A program made the position numbers and the translations under genes. The notes beneath the pieces were generated by a model, which was given only the letters and a program-made list of their open reading frames with translations, did no database searches and was not told the origin of the DNA. This document shows positions 7,971 to 15,692 of a DNA stretch of 24,465 nucleotides, in pieces. Position 1 is the stretch's first letter. Each line of letters opens with the position of its first letter. The DNA is from Chthonomonadales bacterium (lineage in GTDB: Bacteria; Armatimonadota; Chthonomonadetes; Chthonomonadales; Chthonomonadaceae): contig JBBQPO010000060.1 of the NCBI GenBank assembly GCA_038217285.1, positions 1 through 24,465 on the forward strand, given 5' to 3'.

Positions 7971-9497
7971 TCAGGCGCTCTGGGAGGCAGCGGCTGCAGA
8001 GGCCGGTACTCGTAGATCTTGACCTGCGAGGTCTCCGGCCTGGACAGGCGGAGGCTCTGCAGCAATCTCTTTTTCAAGTTCCTCAACATCCTGGATGCCC
8101 TCCATATGGGCGATGCGCTTAATAGCGCGCTTTTTGGATAGATAACCGAGGTTAACTTCGCTGTCGGTGCGGGCGAGGCGCGCCTGCTTCTCGTCGTCGC
8201 CCGGCTCGATAAAGTCGCGCCACGCGATCTGCACGTCATAAGAGGCCGGATCGTCGTTGACCTCGAGAAGCATGCCGCAGTTCTGTGCGCCACGGGCGGC
8301 CAGACTGAGGAACGCTGCAATGCCGTTCGTGCCCAGGCTCTCGCGCTTCAGCGCAGCCCGGGCGAGCTCCGCTTCGTAGAGCTGCGCCAGAACCGCCACG
8401 GTCAGGGCGCCCTTGTGCGTCACGTCCTCCTCGTCGAACTCGACGGAGGAGCAGGCATCGAGCACCTGCTGCGTTAGATCTTTCGCATACTCCATCATGG
8501 CCGGACGCAGCGCGTTGCCGCCGGGCGGGAACACGATATGCGCCTGCGCCGAAGCGTCGCCCGTGTCGCTGCCGCTCGACTCGATATGCACCGATTCGCC
8601 TGGCCGCAGCGCGCGGCTCGAACCCTCTTCATCCGCTGGCTGCCCGTCGATGATGTAGGGATTGACGTGGCTGTCGTACTGGTTCGACCTATCCATATAG
8701 TGGTAGGTCAGATTGATTCGGTCGATGACCCGGAACGTCCCGTCGCCCTCTTCCAGGCTCCACAGGTCGCCCGCGCCCCACACGTCGTTCGTCTCGTAAT
8801 TCTTGGCCAGGTGCAGCGGGATCAGCCCAAAGGGGTTCACCTTGCGGCTCGAAATCTCCCAGTCGAAATCGTCCGGGGACTTCTTCGCGGCGTCCATGTC
8901 CGAAAGCGCCACAGGCAGGTAATGGACTTCCTCGTCGTCCGTCCACTCCTCGCGGTAGTAAAACGACTGGTTCTTCTCGGGGTCGAAATACAGGTACTGA
9001 ATCCGCGCCATCAGCAGCAGATTGCAGTCATGGGGATGGTGGAACAGCCGCACCTCGCTCACCGGCGAGAGCGTCTGAAACGACAGCGCCTTTTTGCCCT
9101 GCGTCTCGTCCACGGAAAACTTGAGGACCACGCCGCCGTCCAGCGCCGCATCCTTGGCGATGGCGGGCAGCCGCGCGTTCATCTTGTTGGCGGTCCAGGC
9201 ATCGGTCAGTACCTGCAGCAGTTTCGGATTGTTCGGACACTGCAGCTGGATCGGCTTGCCGAATATCCATTTCGCGCCGCGATTGACAATCCGCTTGGGG
9301 AGCGTCAGGCAGCGCGGCAGCGGACCGCGATCGCTCTCGCTCCACTGACGAAAATGCCAGTAAGGATAGGGTTTGCACCGGTGATACGCCCGCGCCTGGT
9401 TGGCGAGCTCGATGACCGCGCGCAGTCCAGACGGGAGCGCCTTGGTGTTGACGAGGCCATACGCCGCGGCGCTGATGTCTGCCCGAGAAATACTCAC
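7971..9497 (-). CDS. Portal protein (SPP1 gp6-like architecture), start moved to GTG 9497
   Basis: ~508 aa after terL; IVNRGAKWIFGKPI, NPFGLIP and GYLSKKRAI...DVEELEKEI segments typical of portals; GTGA overlap with the upstream small ORF. Confidence 0.85.
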   Translation of the reverse strand: MSISRADISAAAYGLVNTKALPSGLRAVIELANQARAYHRCKPYPYWHFRQWSESDRGPLPRCLTLPKRIVNRGAKWIFGKPIQLQCPNNPKLLQVLTDAWTANKMNARLPAIAKDAALDGGVVLKFSVDETQGKKALSFQTLSPVSEVRLFHHPHDCNLLLMARIQYLYFDPEKNQSFYYREEWTDDEEVHYLPVALSDMDAAKKSPDDFDWEISSRKVNPFGLIPLHLAKNYETNDVWGAGDLWSLEEGDGTFRVIDRINLTYHYMDRSNQYDSHVNPYIIDGQPADEEGSSRALRPGESVHIESSGSDTGDASAQAHIVFPPGGNALRPAMMEYAKDLTQQVLDACSSVEFDEEDVTHKGALTVAVLAQLYEAELARAALKRESLGTNGIAAFLSLAARGAQNCGMLLEVNDDPASYDVQIAWRDFIEPGDDEKQARLARTDSEVNLGYLSKKRAIKRIAHMEGIQDVEELEKEIAAEPPPVQAGDLAGQDLRVPASAAAASQSA

Positions 9498-9604
9498 GTC
9501 TCGTCTCCGTCCAGGGCCGCCAGGAGAACCAGCAGCGCAAAAGTCATCACAAGGGCGGCGCAGAGGCCGCTCCAAAAGTCAGGAGGTTGGGGCGCGTCCA
9601 TCAT
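9494..9604 (-). CDS. 36-aa predicted single-pass membrane peptide (MMDAPQPPDFWSGLCAALVMTFALLVLLAALDGDET)
   Basis: Start overlaps the terL stop (ATGA) and stop overlaps the portal start (GTGA); 22-residue uncharged hydrophobic stretch. Confidence 0.65.
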   Translation of the reverse strand: MMDAPQPPDFWSGLCAALVMTFALLVLLAALDGDET

Positions 9605-11061
9605 TGCAGCGAGACCCCGCCCTTCCGAACCGACTTGCGAATCTTGAGTGTGCCCATGAGCCACATAAGCGCGTAGACAAAGACGTCGACCATGTCGTCG
9701 TGCTTCGTCAAAGGGAACGCGAGCAGCTGCGCCAGCAGGTCCTCGACCCACTGCCGCGAAGTGATATGCACCGAGGTGTCCGGGAAAACCACGCTGCCGC
9801 CCTGCGCGAGAGGCGTCACCCCATGCGCCCGCGAAACTTTGTCCCGCTCGGCCACGATGGGAATCAGCGCGAGGTCCGGCCGCGTTTTCCTGAGCAGCTT
9901 GATCAGCGTCTGACCGCTCGACGTCGATTCGATGAAATCGCCCCGGTAGAGGGGGCCGAACATCTTGTGGTAGAAATCGGCGTTCACGGCCAGAAAGTCA
10001 GCCAGCGCCGGCGTCTCCCAGCGTCCGTGCGCCAGGCGCAGCGCATACAGGTAGCCGTTCTCGCCGATCCCCACGGTCAGCGCGGCGGTCTCGTCGTTCT
10101 GCTGTTCCGCTTTCATGGCCGTGTCCCAGAGCGTGGCGACCCCCTTGAATTTGGGCAGGCCGACATACCGCTCGTGGAACCAGGCGCCCTTGAAAATCGC
10201 GCCTTCGTCCGACGTTGGACGCTGCTGGTAAAGGGCCTGAAACCCGTCCCGCAGGACGCGGGCAATCGTGGCGAGCTCTTTCTCGTTGTAACGCGCCGGG
10301 CAGAGCGCCTGACCGGACAATCGTCCCAGAGGATCGTTCGCCTCCGCCAATGCCGGTAACCTAATCACCGTCCAGTTCGGGCCATCCTCGGACGCCAGTA
10401 TTCTGCCCGCCAGGTCGTCGGTATGCCAGCGAGTCATTATTAAAATGATCGGGCAGCCCGGCTCACGGCGCGTGAACAGATCGTCTGTGTACCAATCGTA
10501 ACAGCGTTCCCGGTAGACCGCGCTGTTGGCCTCTTCGCGGCTCTTGACGGGGTCATCGATAAGAATTAAATTTGCGCCGTGGCCTGTAACTCCTCCGCCC
10601 ACTCCCACCGCCCGGACGCCGCCACCCTGCGTGGTCTCCCAGTCGTCAACCGCCGTGCGCTCTTTGCTGAGAGCGATGCGGCCTTTGGCGATTTTGCGCA
10701 TGTTACGCGAAAACTTACAGGCGAGCGTGGCGTTGTACGCGCCCACCATAATGCGCTGGCTCGGGTCCTGCTCCAGCCACCACATGGGGAAGCGGACCGT
10801 CGTCATCTGAGACTTCCCGTGACGAGGAGGGACGAACAGCATTAGCCGGTCGATCTCTCCATTGCGGACGCGGAGCAGCTGCTCCTGGATGAGGATCTGA
10901 TAGTCCCAGTCCCACGTCCAGGTCGGCGTCGTCTCCCGCAGCCAGGCCGGGAACGAATCGTCGCGGTTACTGTCCGGCGGGTTCGCCTCGTAAGCTCGGG
11001 TCAGGCACAGAGTGCGGTAATCCTCGCGCCGAAAGCCTTTGTAGGAATGTCTCGCGGGCAT
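9601..11061 (-). CDS. terL: Terminase large subunit, 486 aa
   Basis: Walker A FVPPRHGKS, Walker B LILIDDP, MTRWH coupling motif, ALYQQRP, nuclease WDTA and FPLTKHDDMVD. Confidence 0.95.
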   Translation of the reverse strand: MPARHSYKGFRREDYRTLCLTRAYEANPPDSNRDDSFPAWLRETTPTWTWDWDYQILIQEQLLRVRNGEIDRLMLFVPPRHGKSQMTTVRFPMWWLEQDPSQRIMVGAYNATLACKFSRNMRKIAKGRIALSKERTAVDDWETTQGGGVRAVGVGGGVTGHGANLILIDDPVKSREEANSAVYRERCYDWYTDDLFTRREPGCPIILIMTRWHTDDLAGRILASEDGPNWTVIRLPALAEANDPLGRLSGQALCPARYNEKELATIARVLRDGFQALYQQRPTSDEGAIFKGAWFHERYVGLPKFKGVATLWDTAMKAEQQNDETAALTVGIGENGYLYALRLAHGRWETPALADFLAVNADFYHKMFGPLYRGDFIESTSSGQTLIKLLRKTRPDLALIPIVAERDKVSRAHGVTPLAQGGSVVFPDTSVHITSRQWVEDLLAQLLAFPLTKHDDMVDVFVYALMWLMGTLKIRKSVRKGGVSLQ

Positions 11062-11353
11062 TGGTCTCCATCTCCCCCACTATCGACAAAACCTCGTCGA
11101 TAAACGCCTGCGCCTCTTCAATGGCCGCAGCCGCGTCTTCCGCGACAGGTTTCCCAAAGCAACGGTCAAAGATGAACACCGCCGCGCGCTCGTCGCCAGA
11201 GCGAGCCCGGGCCGACATCACGCGGAGGATTTCCTGCATCTCGTCATCGTCGAGAGCCTCATCGAAAAGCTCCTGAAGCGAGGCGCGCAGCGCTTTACGC
11301 GGACGTCCGGCGCCGGGGCGGGAACCGCCGTTTTTCTGTCGTTCGTCCGGCAT
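10967..11353 (-). CDS. terS: Putative terminase small subunit, 128 aa
   Basis: GGSRPGAGRP N-terminus and ARSGDERAAVFIFDRCFGKP motif; directly upstream of terL and overlapping it by 95 nt. Confidence 0.7.
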   Translation of the reverse strand: MPDERQKNGGSRPGAGRPRKALRASLQELFDEALDDDEMQEILRVMSARARSGDERAAVFIFDRCFGKPVAEDAAAAIEEAQAFIDEVLSIVGEMETNARETFLQRLSARGLPHSVPDPSLRGEPAGQ

Positions 11354-11365
11354 GGTCGCTCGCTC

Positions 11366-11494
11366 AAAGATTGATTAAAAAGATTGAATAAAAGATTGAT
11401 TTCACTCTCAAATAATCAATCTTTTTTACGCCAAAGTGAGACACAAATGAGACGGAGTGAGACGAAGTGAGACGGAGTTTTCGGCCCCGTCTCA
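11366..11494. repeat. Two phased short-repeat arrays upstream of terS (candidate packaging or regulatory site)
   Basis: AAAGATTGA at 11366, 11379, 11391 plus an inverted copy at 11416; TGAGAC at 11437, 11448, 11458, 11468 plus an inverted copy at 11489. Confidence 0.8.
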
Positions 11495-11647
11495 ATCCCT
11501 CGGCGCGAAGCCCCAGCAGGCGGCAATGTAGTTGTCCACAGCCCACAGCCTCGATTGAAAATAGATGTCATCGAACGTCGGCGCTGGCCAATCTGCCAGA
11601 TGCGGATAAAGAGAGGCCACGGAGGCTAAGGGATCGGTATCGGGCAT
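11492..11647 (-). CDS. Small hypothetical protein, 51 aa (MPDTDPLASVASLYPHLADW...)
   Basis: ATG 3 nt after the upstream stop; below the ORF-track cutoff; translated by hand. Confidence 0.45.
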   Translation of the reverse strand: MPDTDPLASVASLYPHLADWPAPTFDDIYFQSRLWAVDNYIAACWGFAPRD

Positions 11648-11650
11648 GGC

Positions 11651-11818
11651 TTACGCCTTGGCCTTCTTCGCCTGGCGCGCCGCATGCTGCCTATTCGCGA
11701 TAGCATTCTTCAGCGTGTTACGATCCTTCTCGCTCTCGTGCCCGCGCAGCATCGGCGCGGGCGGCATTGCCGCTTCCCGCACCGCTGGCGAGCGTCCTCC
11801 GCCTGATCCTCTACCCAT
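11651..11818 (-). CDS. 55-aa basic protein beginning MGRGSGGGRS
   Basis: GAGG SD; start overlaps the end of the DUF4417 gene; 12 K/R versus 4 D/E. Confidence 0.65.
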   Translation of the reverse strand: MGRGSGGGRSPAVREAAMPPAPMLRGHESEKDRNTLKNAIANRQHAARQAKKAKA

Positions 11819-12437
11819 TGCGTTTACCTCGCATTTCGTCAAGAGCCTCGGGAATCCAGTTGTATCCCCGCGCCTGACAGCAAAGCGCGACCTCGCGACC
11901 GCCGCCATACACCGCAAATTCGATAGCGGACGTTCCCGCGCGCTCAACAGCCATGGCGTATTCCGCATCCAGAACGGGCAGCGACTCCGCGCTGCCACGG
12001 GTCATGTAGGCCCGCCAGCCCGCCGGAACGCCCAGCAGATTCGCCTCGGCGAACCGGGGCGCGACATTGAGATCCACGAAAACTCTCACGCCCTGACTCT
12101 GCCAGTAGCGCGCCAGCCACCGTTTCCGATAAATCTGATGCAGTCCGACAATGCGCGGCATCTGGTCGCCTGTCGAAAAGTTGCACTCGACCACGGCGTT
12201 GCAAGCGCTGTTGACGATGCCAGTCGGGTTGCTCCACAGCGCCTCGAACTTATAGTCGTCGGTGTAAAAATGGTAAGTGCCCGGCATGCGCTGATTCCGC
12301 GCTTTGGTTCCCCATTTCGCGAACGGCAGATGGACATATTCCGCCTGCATGTGGATGTCCAGCGTCGGAATGCCAAAATCGTTGTCGCAACCAAACAACG
12401 CGTCGGGAACATCGCAGCGGCTGAGAAGAGGATCCAT
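11811..12437 (-). CDS. DUF4417-family protein
   Basis: FGIPTL, HFYTDDYKFEALW, NFS and IYRKRWLARYWQSQGVRV motifs as I recall them for DUF4417; ATG 12437 coupled by TGATG. Confidence 0.8.
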   Translation of the reverse strand: MDPLLSRCDVPDALFGCDNDFGIPTLDIHMQAEYVHLPFAKWGTKARNQRMPGTYHFYTDDYKFEALWSNPTGIVNSACNAVVECNFSTGDQMPRIVGLHQIYRKRWLARYWQSQGVRVFVDLNVAPRFAEANLLGVPAGWRAYMTRGSAESLPVLDAEYAMAVERAGTSAIEFAVYGGGREVALCCQARGYNWIPEALDEMRGKRNG

Positions 12438-12541
12438 CAGCGCGTCAGGGCCAGATGCCACGGACAGACAAAGCTGAGGTGGGCCAGCAGCGGCATGCGC
12501 AGCAGCGCCAGGCGGATGCGGCGTCGAAGATTAGCGCTCAT
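12437..12541 (-). CDS. Small hypothetical protein, 34 aa (MSANLRRRIRLALLRMPLLAHLSFVCPWHLALTR)
   Basis: GGAGG SD; stop overlaps the DUF4417 ATG. Confidence 0.55.
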   Translation of the reverse strand: MSANLRRRIRLALLRMPLLAHLSFVCPWHLALTR

Positions 12542-12914
12542 CGGGACCTCCAGGGTTCGGCGCGCAGGAAGCGGAGTCGACAATCGTGGCCGTCTCGCTT
12601 CCCCGCGCCTGCTGGCCAGGGCAATTAGCTGCCAGCACGGGGAGAAATTCAGGGATGCCCATCGTCGTCGCCACCAGCAGAACCGCAGCCGCCGCTTTCG
12701 GCTGCGTGCGCTTCAGGCGGTGGTAGGCGTCCAGTTCGTTCAGGCAGCCGATCTGCGCGGGCCAGAACTGCGCCAGAACCACGGCGGTTTTGCTGGCCAG
12801 CATCTGGTCGAGACGCTCGTAATCCCGAGCGCTGAAGCGGGTACGTGGCACAATCCGGCGCATGGGAAGGGCTCCAAAACGGGCAGAAAACTCGGAGGGG
12901 AAAAGGTGCGTCAC
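12531..12914 (-). CDS. Hypothetical protein, first gene of the leftward late operon (start uncertain)
   Basis: ORF track; overlaps the next small ORF by 11 nt; no clear SD. Confidence 0.55.
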   Translation of the reverse strand: MTHLFPSEFSARFGALPMRRIVPRTRFSARDYERLDQMLASKTAVVLAQFWPAQIGCLNELDAYHRLKRTQPKAAAAVLLVATTMGIPEFLPVLAANCPGQQARGSETATIVDSASCAPNPGGPDER

Positions 12915-12938
12915 ATATACACGGCAAAAGCAGGCCCG

Positions 12939-12944
12939 ATTATA
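12939..12944 (-). promoter_or_regulatory. Candidate -10 box (TATAAT) of the leftward late promoter; no recognisable -35
   Basis: Perfect TATAAT on the minus strand in the AT-rich divergent gap; the -35 position reads AGGAAA. Confidence 0.5.
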
Positions 12945-12992
12945 AGTAGAAACGCCCTAAATTTCCTGAAAATGTTGCTTAAAAAGGGTAAC

Positions 12993-13022
12993 TTGCCAAA
13001 GCGAACAGACGTCTGCTATATT
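12993..13022 (+). promoter_or_regulatory. Candidate sigma70-type promoter for the plus-strand island
   Basis: TTGCCA-18 bp-TATATT with a TGn extension. Confidence 0.55.
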
Positions 13023-13077
13023 AACAAGTGTCAACTGCGATACTTCGCGGAGTCCTAACGCTCCCGACCTCTGATCT

Positions 13078-13362
13078 GTGCAAAGGGCAACGATGGATCA
13101 TGCACCGCGAGCCATGGCAGACCTGGATGCCAATGGCGATATTCGCGATTGTCAGGATAGACGCAAACTCGCCGCCATCGAGGGCGGGTATCTCTCACTC
13201 TACAACAGGCAAGCCGGGCGCTGCGCCTACTTTCTGCTCGAACACGAAACCATGCGCCTCATGAACCAGCGCGTCGAGCTCTCCCTGCAGCAGCAGCGTC
13301 TCGACATCGCCCGCGCACTCCTGTCAGGTAAACTCCCCTGCGACACGCGGGAACCTGTGTAA
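13078..13362 (+). CDS. Hypothetical protein (start may be ATG 13093)
   Basis: ORF track; C/G-ending codon bias matches the neighbouring plus-strand genes. Confidence 0.6.
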   Translation: MQRATMDHAPRAMADLDANGDIRDCQDRRKLAAIEGGYLSLYNRQAGRCAYFLLEHETMRLMNQRVELSLQQQRLDIARALLSGKLPCDTREPV

Positions 13363-13485
13363 CGCAGGACCGTCCCACTCACAGAGCGCCGTTGAGCGCC
13401 GACGTACAATCAGCAAGAGTGCCCCGAGCGTCCGTTTTGGCCAGATCGCCCCCGAGAGCGACCGCGCCGCGCCCGGGACGCTCTT

Positions 13486-14157
13486 GTGTTGTCAACCCAG
13501 CCCTTTACCGCGGACCAGTTCGCCAAAGCCCTTGTTCCGCTCGAACCCGCCCTCAGCGCCTTCGCCCGCAAATATGTAGACATACAGGACGTCGCCGATG
13601 TCCTGGGCAATATGCGCCTCATCGCCCTCCTCAAACTCCAGACCACCGATTCCGAGACCGAGAACCGCTCCGGCCTGGCGCGCTGGCTCTTTGCCATCCT
13701 CAGGCGCGAATGCCTCGCCTGGCGCGAGCAGCAGGTGCGCCGCCGCGAAGACAACGTCGCGCCCGAAGGCCTGCCCGACCTGGTCGATTACCTGCCCGCC
13801 TGTGACGATCCCCGGCCCGAAGAGCGCCGCCATGCCCTGCTGTCGCGGATCCGCCGCGCCAACCTCACCGAGCGGCAGCGGGAAATCCTCTGGCGCAGAC
13901 TGGAAGGCGAGACGCAGACCCAGATCGCCTACGCCATTGGCATCTCGCAGCCCGGCGTCAACTACCATTTCGCCAAAGCTCTGAACGCGCTCGCCGCCGT
14001 GGACATGGACGAAATCGACCCCGGCTTCCTCGCGCTGTTCAACGAGCTGTCCAAGGTCGCCACCTACTCCAAACCCAAATGCAATCCGAAATGGCGGCGC
14101 AGTCATCCCGCCGATGCCATTCTGGGCGGAAATCGGAGACGCCGTTGTTACGTGTGA
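13486..14157 (+). CDS. Phage ECF-like sigma-70 family factor (regions 2 and 4), probable late-gene regulator
   Basis: Region-2-like FARKYV..QDVADV...ARWLFAILRREC and region-4 LTERQREILWRRLEGETQTQIAYAIGISQPGVNYH. Confidence 0.8.
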   Translation: MLSTQPFTADQFAKALVPLEPALSAFARKYVDIQDVADVLGNMRLIALLKLQTTDSETENRSGLARWLFAILRRECLAWREQQVRRREDNVAPEGLPDLVDYLPACDDPRPEERRHALLSRIRRANLTERQREILWRRLEGETQTQIAYAIGISQPGVNYHFAKALNALAAVDMDEIDPGFLALFNELSKVATYSKPKCNPKWRRSHPADAILGGNRRRRCYV

Positions 14158-14666
14158 ACCGGCAACAGGCCAAGAGCTACCAGCTCAACATCGACGGCGG
14201 AACCGACGAAGTCACGACAAAACGGCGTAAAAACAACGCCGAAGAGCAAGCCCAGACGCTGATATTCCAAGAACGCGACACTCAGGCCCTCAAATACCCC
14301 GCCCTGCTCTGGCTTTTCTCCACACTGAACGGCGTTTTTCTCCCGCCGGGCCTGGTAAAGCGCGTGAAAGGCGCCGGTCTCACCGAAGGCGTCCCGGACA
14401 TGCTGCTGCCCGTCGAGCGGATCGACCAGGACGGAACGCGCTACGCCGGACTGGCCATAGAACTGAAAAAAAAGAAGAACGCCTACCCCACCCCCAAACA
14501 GCGCGAATGGCTCCAACACCTCGCCGCCAACGGATGGCGGGCCTACGTCTGCCACGGCGCGACCGATGCCTGGCATACAATTTGTTCCTATCTGGGCATA
14601 AGCGGCGCCACCGACCACTGGAACCGCCCCCTGCAGCGTCAGGCCGAACAGATCGACGAGGAATAA
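14154..14666 (+). CDS. VRR-NUC domain nuclease (putative Holliday junction resolvase)
   Basis: EEQAQ...GVPDMLL...AIELK...PTPKQREWLQHL..NGW PD-(D/E)xK pattern; GTGA overlap with the sigma gene stop. Confidence 0.9.
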   Translation: MNRQQAKSYQLNIDGGTDEVTTKRRKNNAEEQAQTLIFQERDTQALKYPALLWLFSTLNGVFLPPGLVKRVKGAGLTEGVPDMLLPVERIDQDGTRYAGLAIELKKKKNAYPTPKQREWLQHLAANGWRAYVCHGATDAWHTICSYLGISGATDHWNRPLQRQAEQIDEE

Positions 14667-14678
14667 GCCCCCTGTGTG

Positions 14679-14747
14679 CCCCAATGTTGAGAGCTACTCC
14701 CCCCATTGTTGAGACTGGGGGGAGCTGGCTCCCAACAATGGGGGGAG
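14679..14747. repeat. Triple repeat / alternative inverted repeats at the convergent junction
   Basis: CCCCA(A/T)TGTTG(A/G)GA at 14679, 14701 and inverted at 14730; perfect 15-bp inverted repeat 14697-14711 / 14733-14747. Confidence 0.75.
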
Positions 14748-14764
14748 GTGGTTGTTGCACGGCG

Positions 14765-15034
14765 TCATGCCTCGCCCCTTGCTATTGCCACCTCCGCGAA
14801 CAAGTCCCCAGTCCGCTCCACGGGCGGCAGCGTCTCTGTCAGGACGTAGAACACCAGTCCTGCCCCCTCCTGTTTGGAAAAGTAAGTGAGACGATGCTCT
14901 TTGAGGAATGCGCGCAGGGCCACTTCGGTGTTCTCCAGCCTGTAGCGTTTGATGATCTTTCGGTGATCGGTGTAGTATTTCACGATGCCTCCTCCCTCCC
15001 TATCTACTCGTTTCAAACGGTACATTCCGGTCAT
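14765..15034 (-). CDS. Hypothetical protein, 89 aa
   Basis: ATGA overlap with the upstream gene; last gene of the leftward early operon. Confidence 0.65.
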   Translation of the reverse strand: MTGMYRLKRVDREGGGIVKYYTDHRKIIKRYRLENTEVALRAFLKEHRLTYFSKQEGAGLVFYVLTETLPPVERTGDLFAEVAIARGEA

Positions 15035-15384
15035 TGACGCGGGCTTATATCCTCATCGGCGAAGCGCACGGCATCGAGCGCCTGTTCCACGCAGCGCACC
15101 AGATACAGCCCCCCGTCCTTCGCTTTCTTCGCCTTGTCTTTGGCGTCCGTGGACATGGTTCCGGTAATGACGGCGATACGATGCCCTGCCGATTTGAGAC
15201 GGTCGCGAATGGAGTCGACCGCCGCCAGGTTGTGCGCGAAGATGACGGTCGGTTCGCCGCTATGCTGCCCGATGTAATTGTCAATCCAGTCCCAGGCGTG
15301 GAGACGCGTTCGGCACGTAACCTCGTGTGCGTGGAGACGCGCCCCAGCCGCAAGCCCCCGCGACCGCGTCGTGTCGAGTGTCAT
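15031..15384 (-). CDS. Hypothetical protein with a short SF2 helicase C-terminal-like segment (possible remnant), 117 aa
   Basis: PTVIFAHNLAAVDSIRDRLKSAGHRIAVITG resembles the helicase motif IV region; motifs V and VI are absent. Confidence 0.5.
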   Translation of the reverse strand: MTLDTTRSRGLAAGARLHAHEVTCRTRLHAWDWIDNYIGQHSGEPTVIFAHNLAAVDSIRDRLKSAGHRIAVITGTMSTDAKDKAKKAKDGGLYLVRCVEQALDAVRFADEDISPRQ

Positions 15385-15692
15385 CCTGCCGGTCTCGCAA
15401 TCACGACATTGTTAGGATTTTGCGCCTGGTGCATCGCGAGACCAACAAGAGCGTTCGAGACCTCGCTGGCAGCCTGCAAAAGCACGGCATGGATTAGCGT
15501 CAACCCTTCGACCGTCTCAGGGATACCCGCGCCGCCGATCTGCACATTGCGCGCGATTAGTCGACCCATAAGATCCTTCGAGTCGAAGATGTCGATATGG
15601 ATCTTCCCTCGGTGTTCTTCGATGATATCAGGACGCGTTATTGCCGCCATTGCGTGTGACGACGGTCCAACCCCCGGTATGTGTTTCTGCAT
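15381..15692 (-). CDS. Hypothetical protein, 103 aa
   Basis: Starts directly after the PolX stop; ATGA overlap with the next gene. Confidence 0.65.
   Translation of the reverse strand: MQKHIPGVGPSSHAMAAITRPDIIEEHRGKIHIDIFDSKDLMGRLIARNVQIGGAGIPETVEGLTLIHAVLLQAASEVSNALVGLAMHQAQNPNNVVIARPAG

Noticed and set aside
136-13058. Many long plus-strand ORFs (e.g. 2514-3914, 5973-7115, 8538-9647, 11646-13058)
   Set aside because: Antisense shadows of GC-rich minus-strand genes: Arg-rich, no motifs, fully overlapping well-supported CDSs
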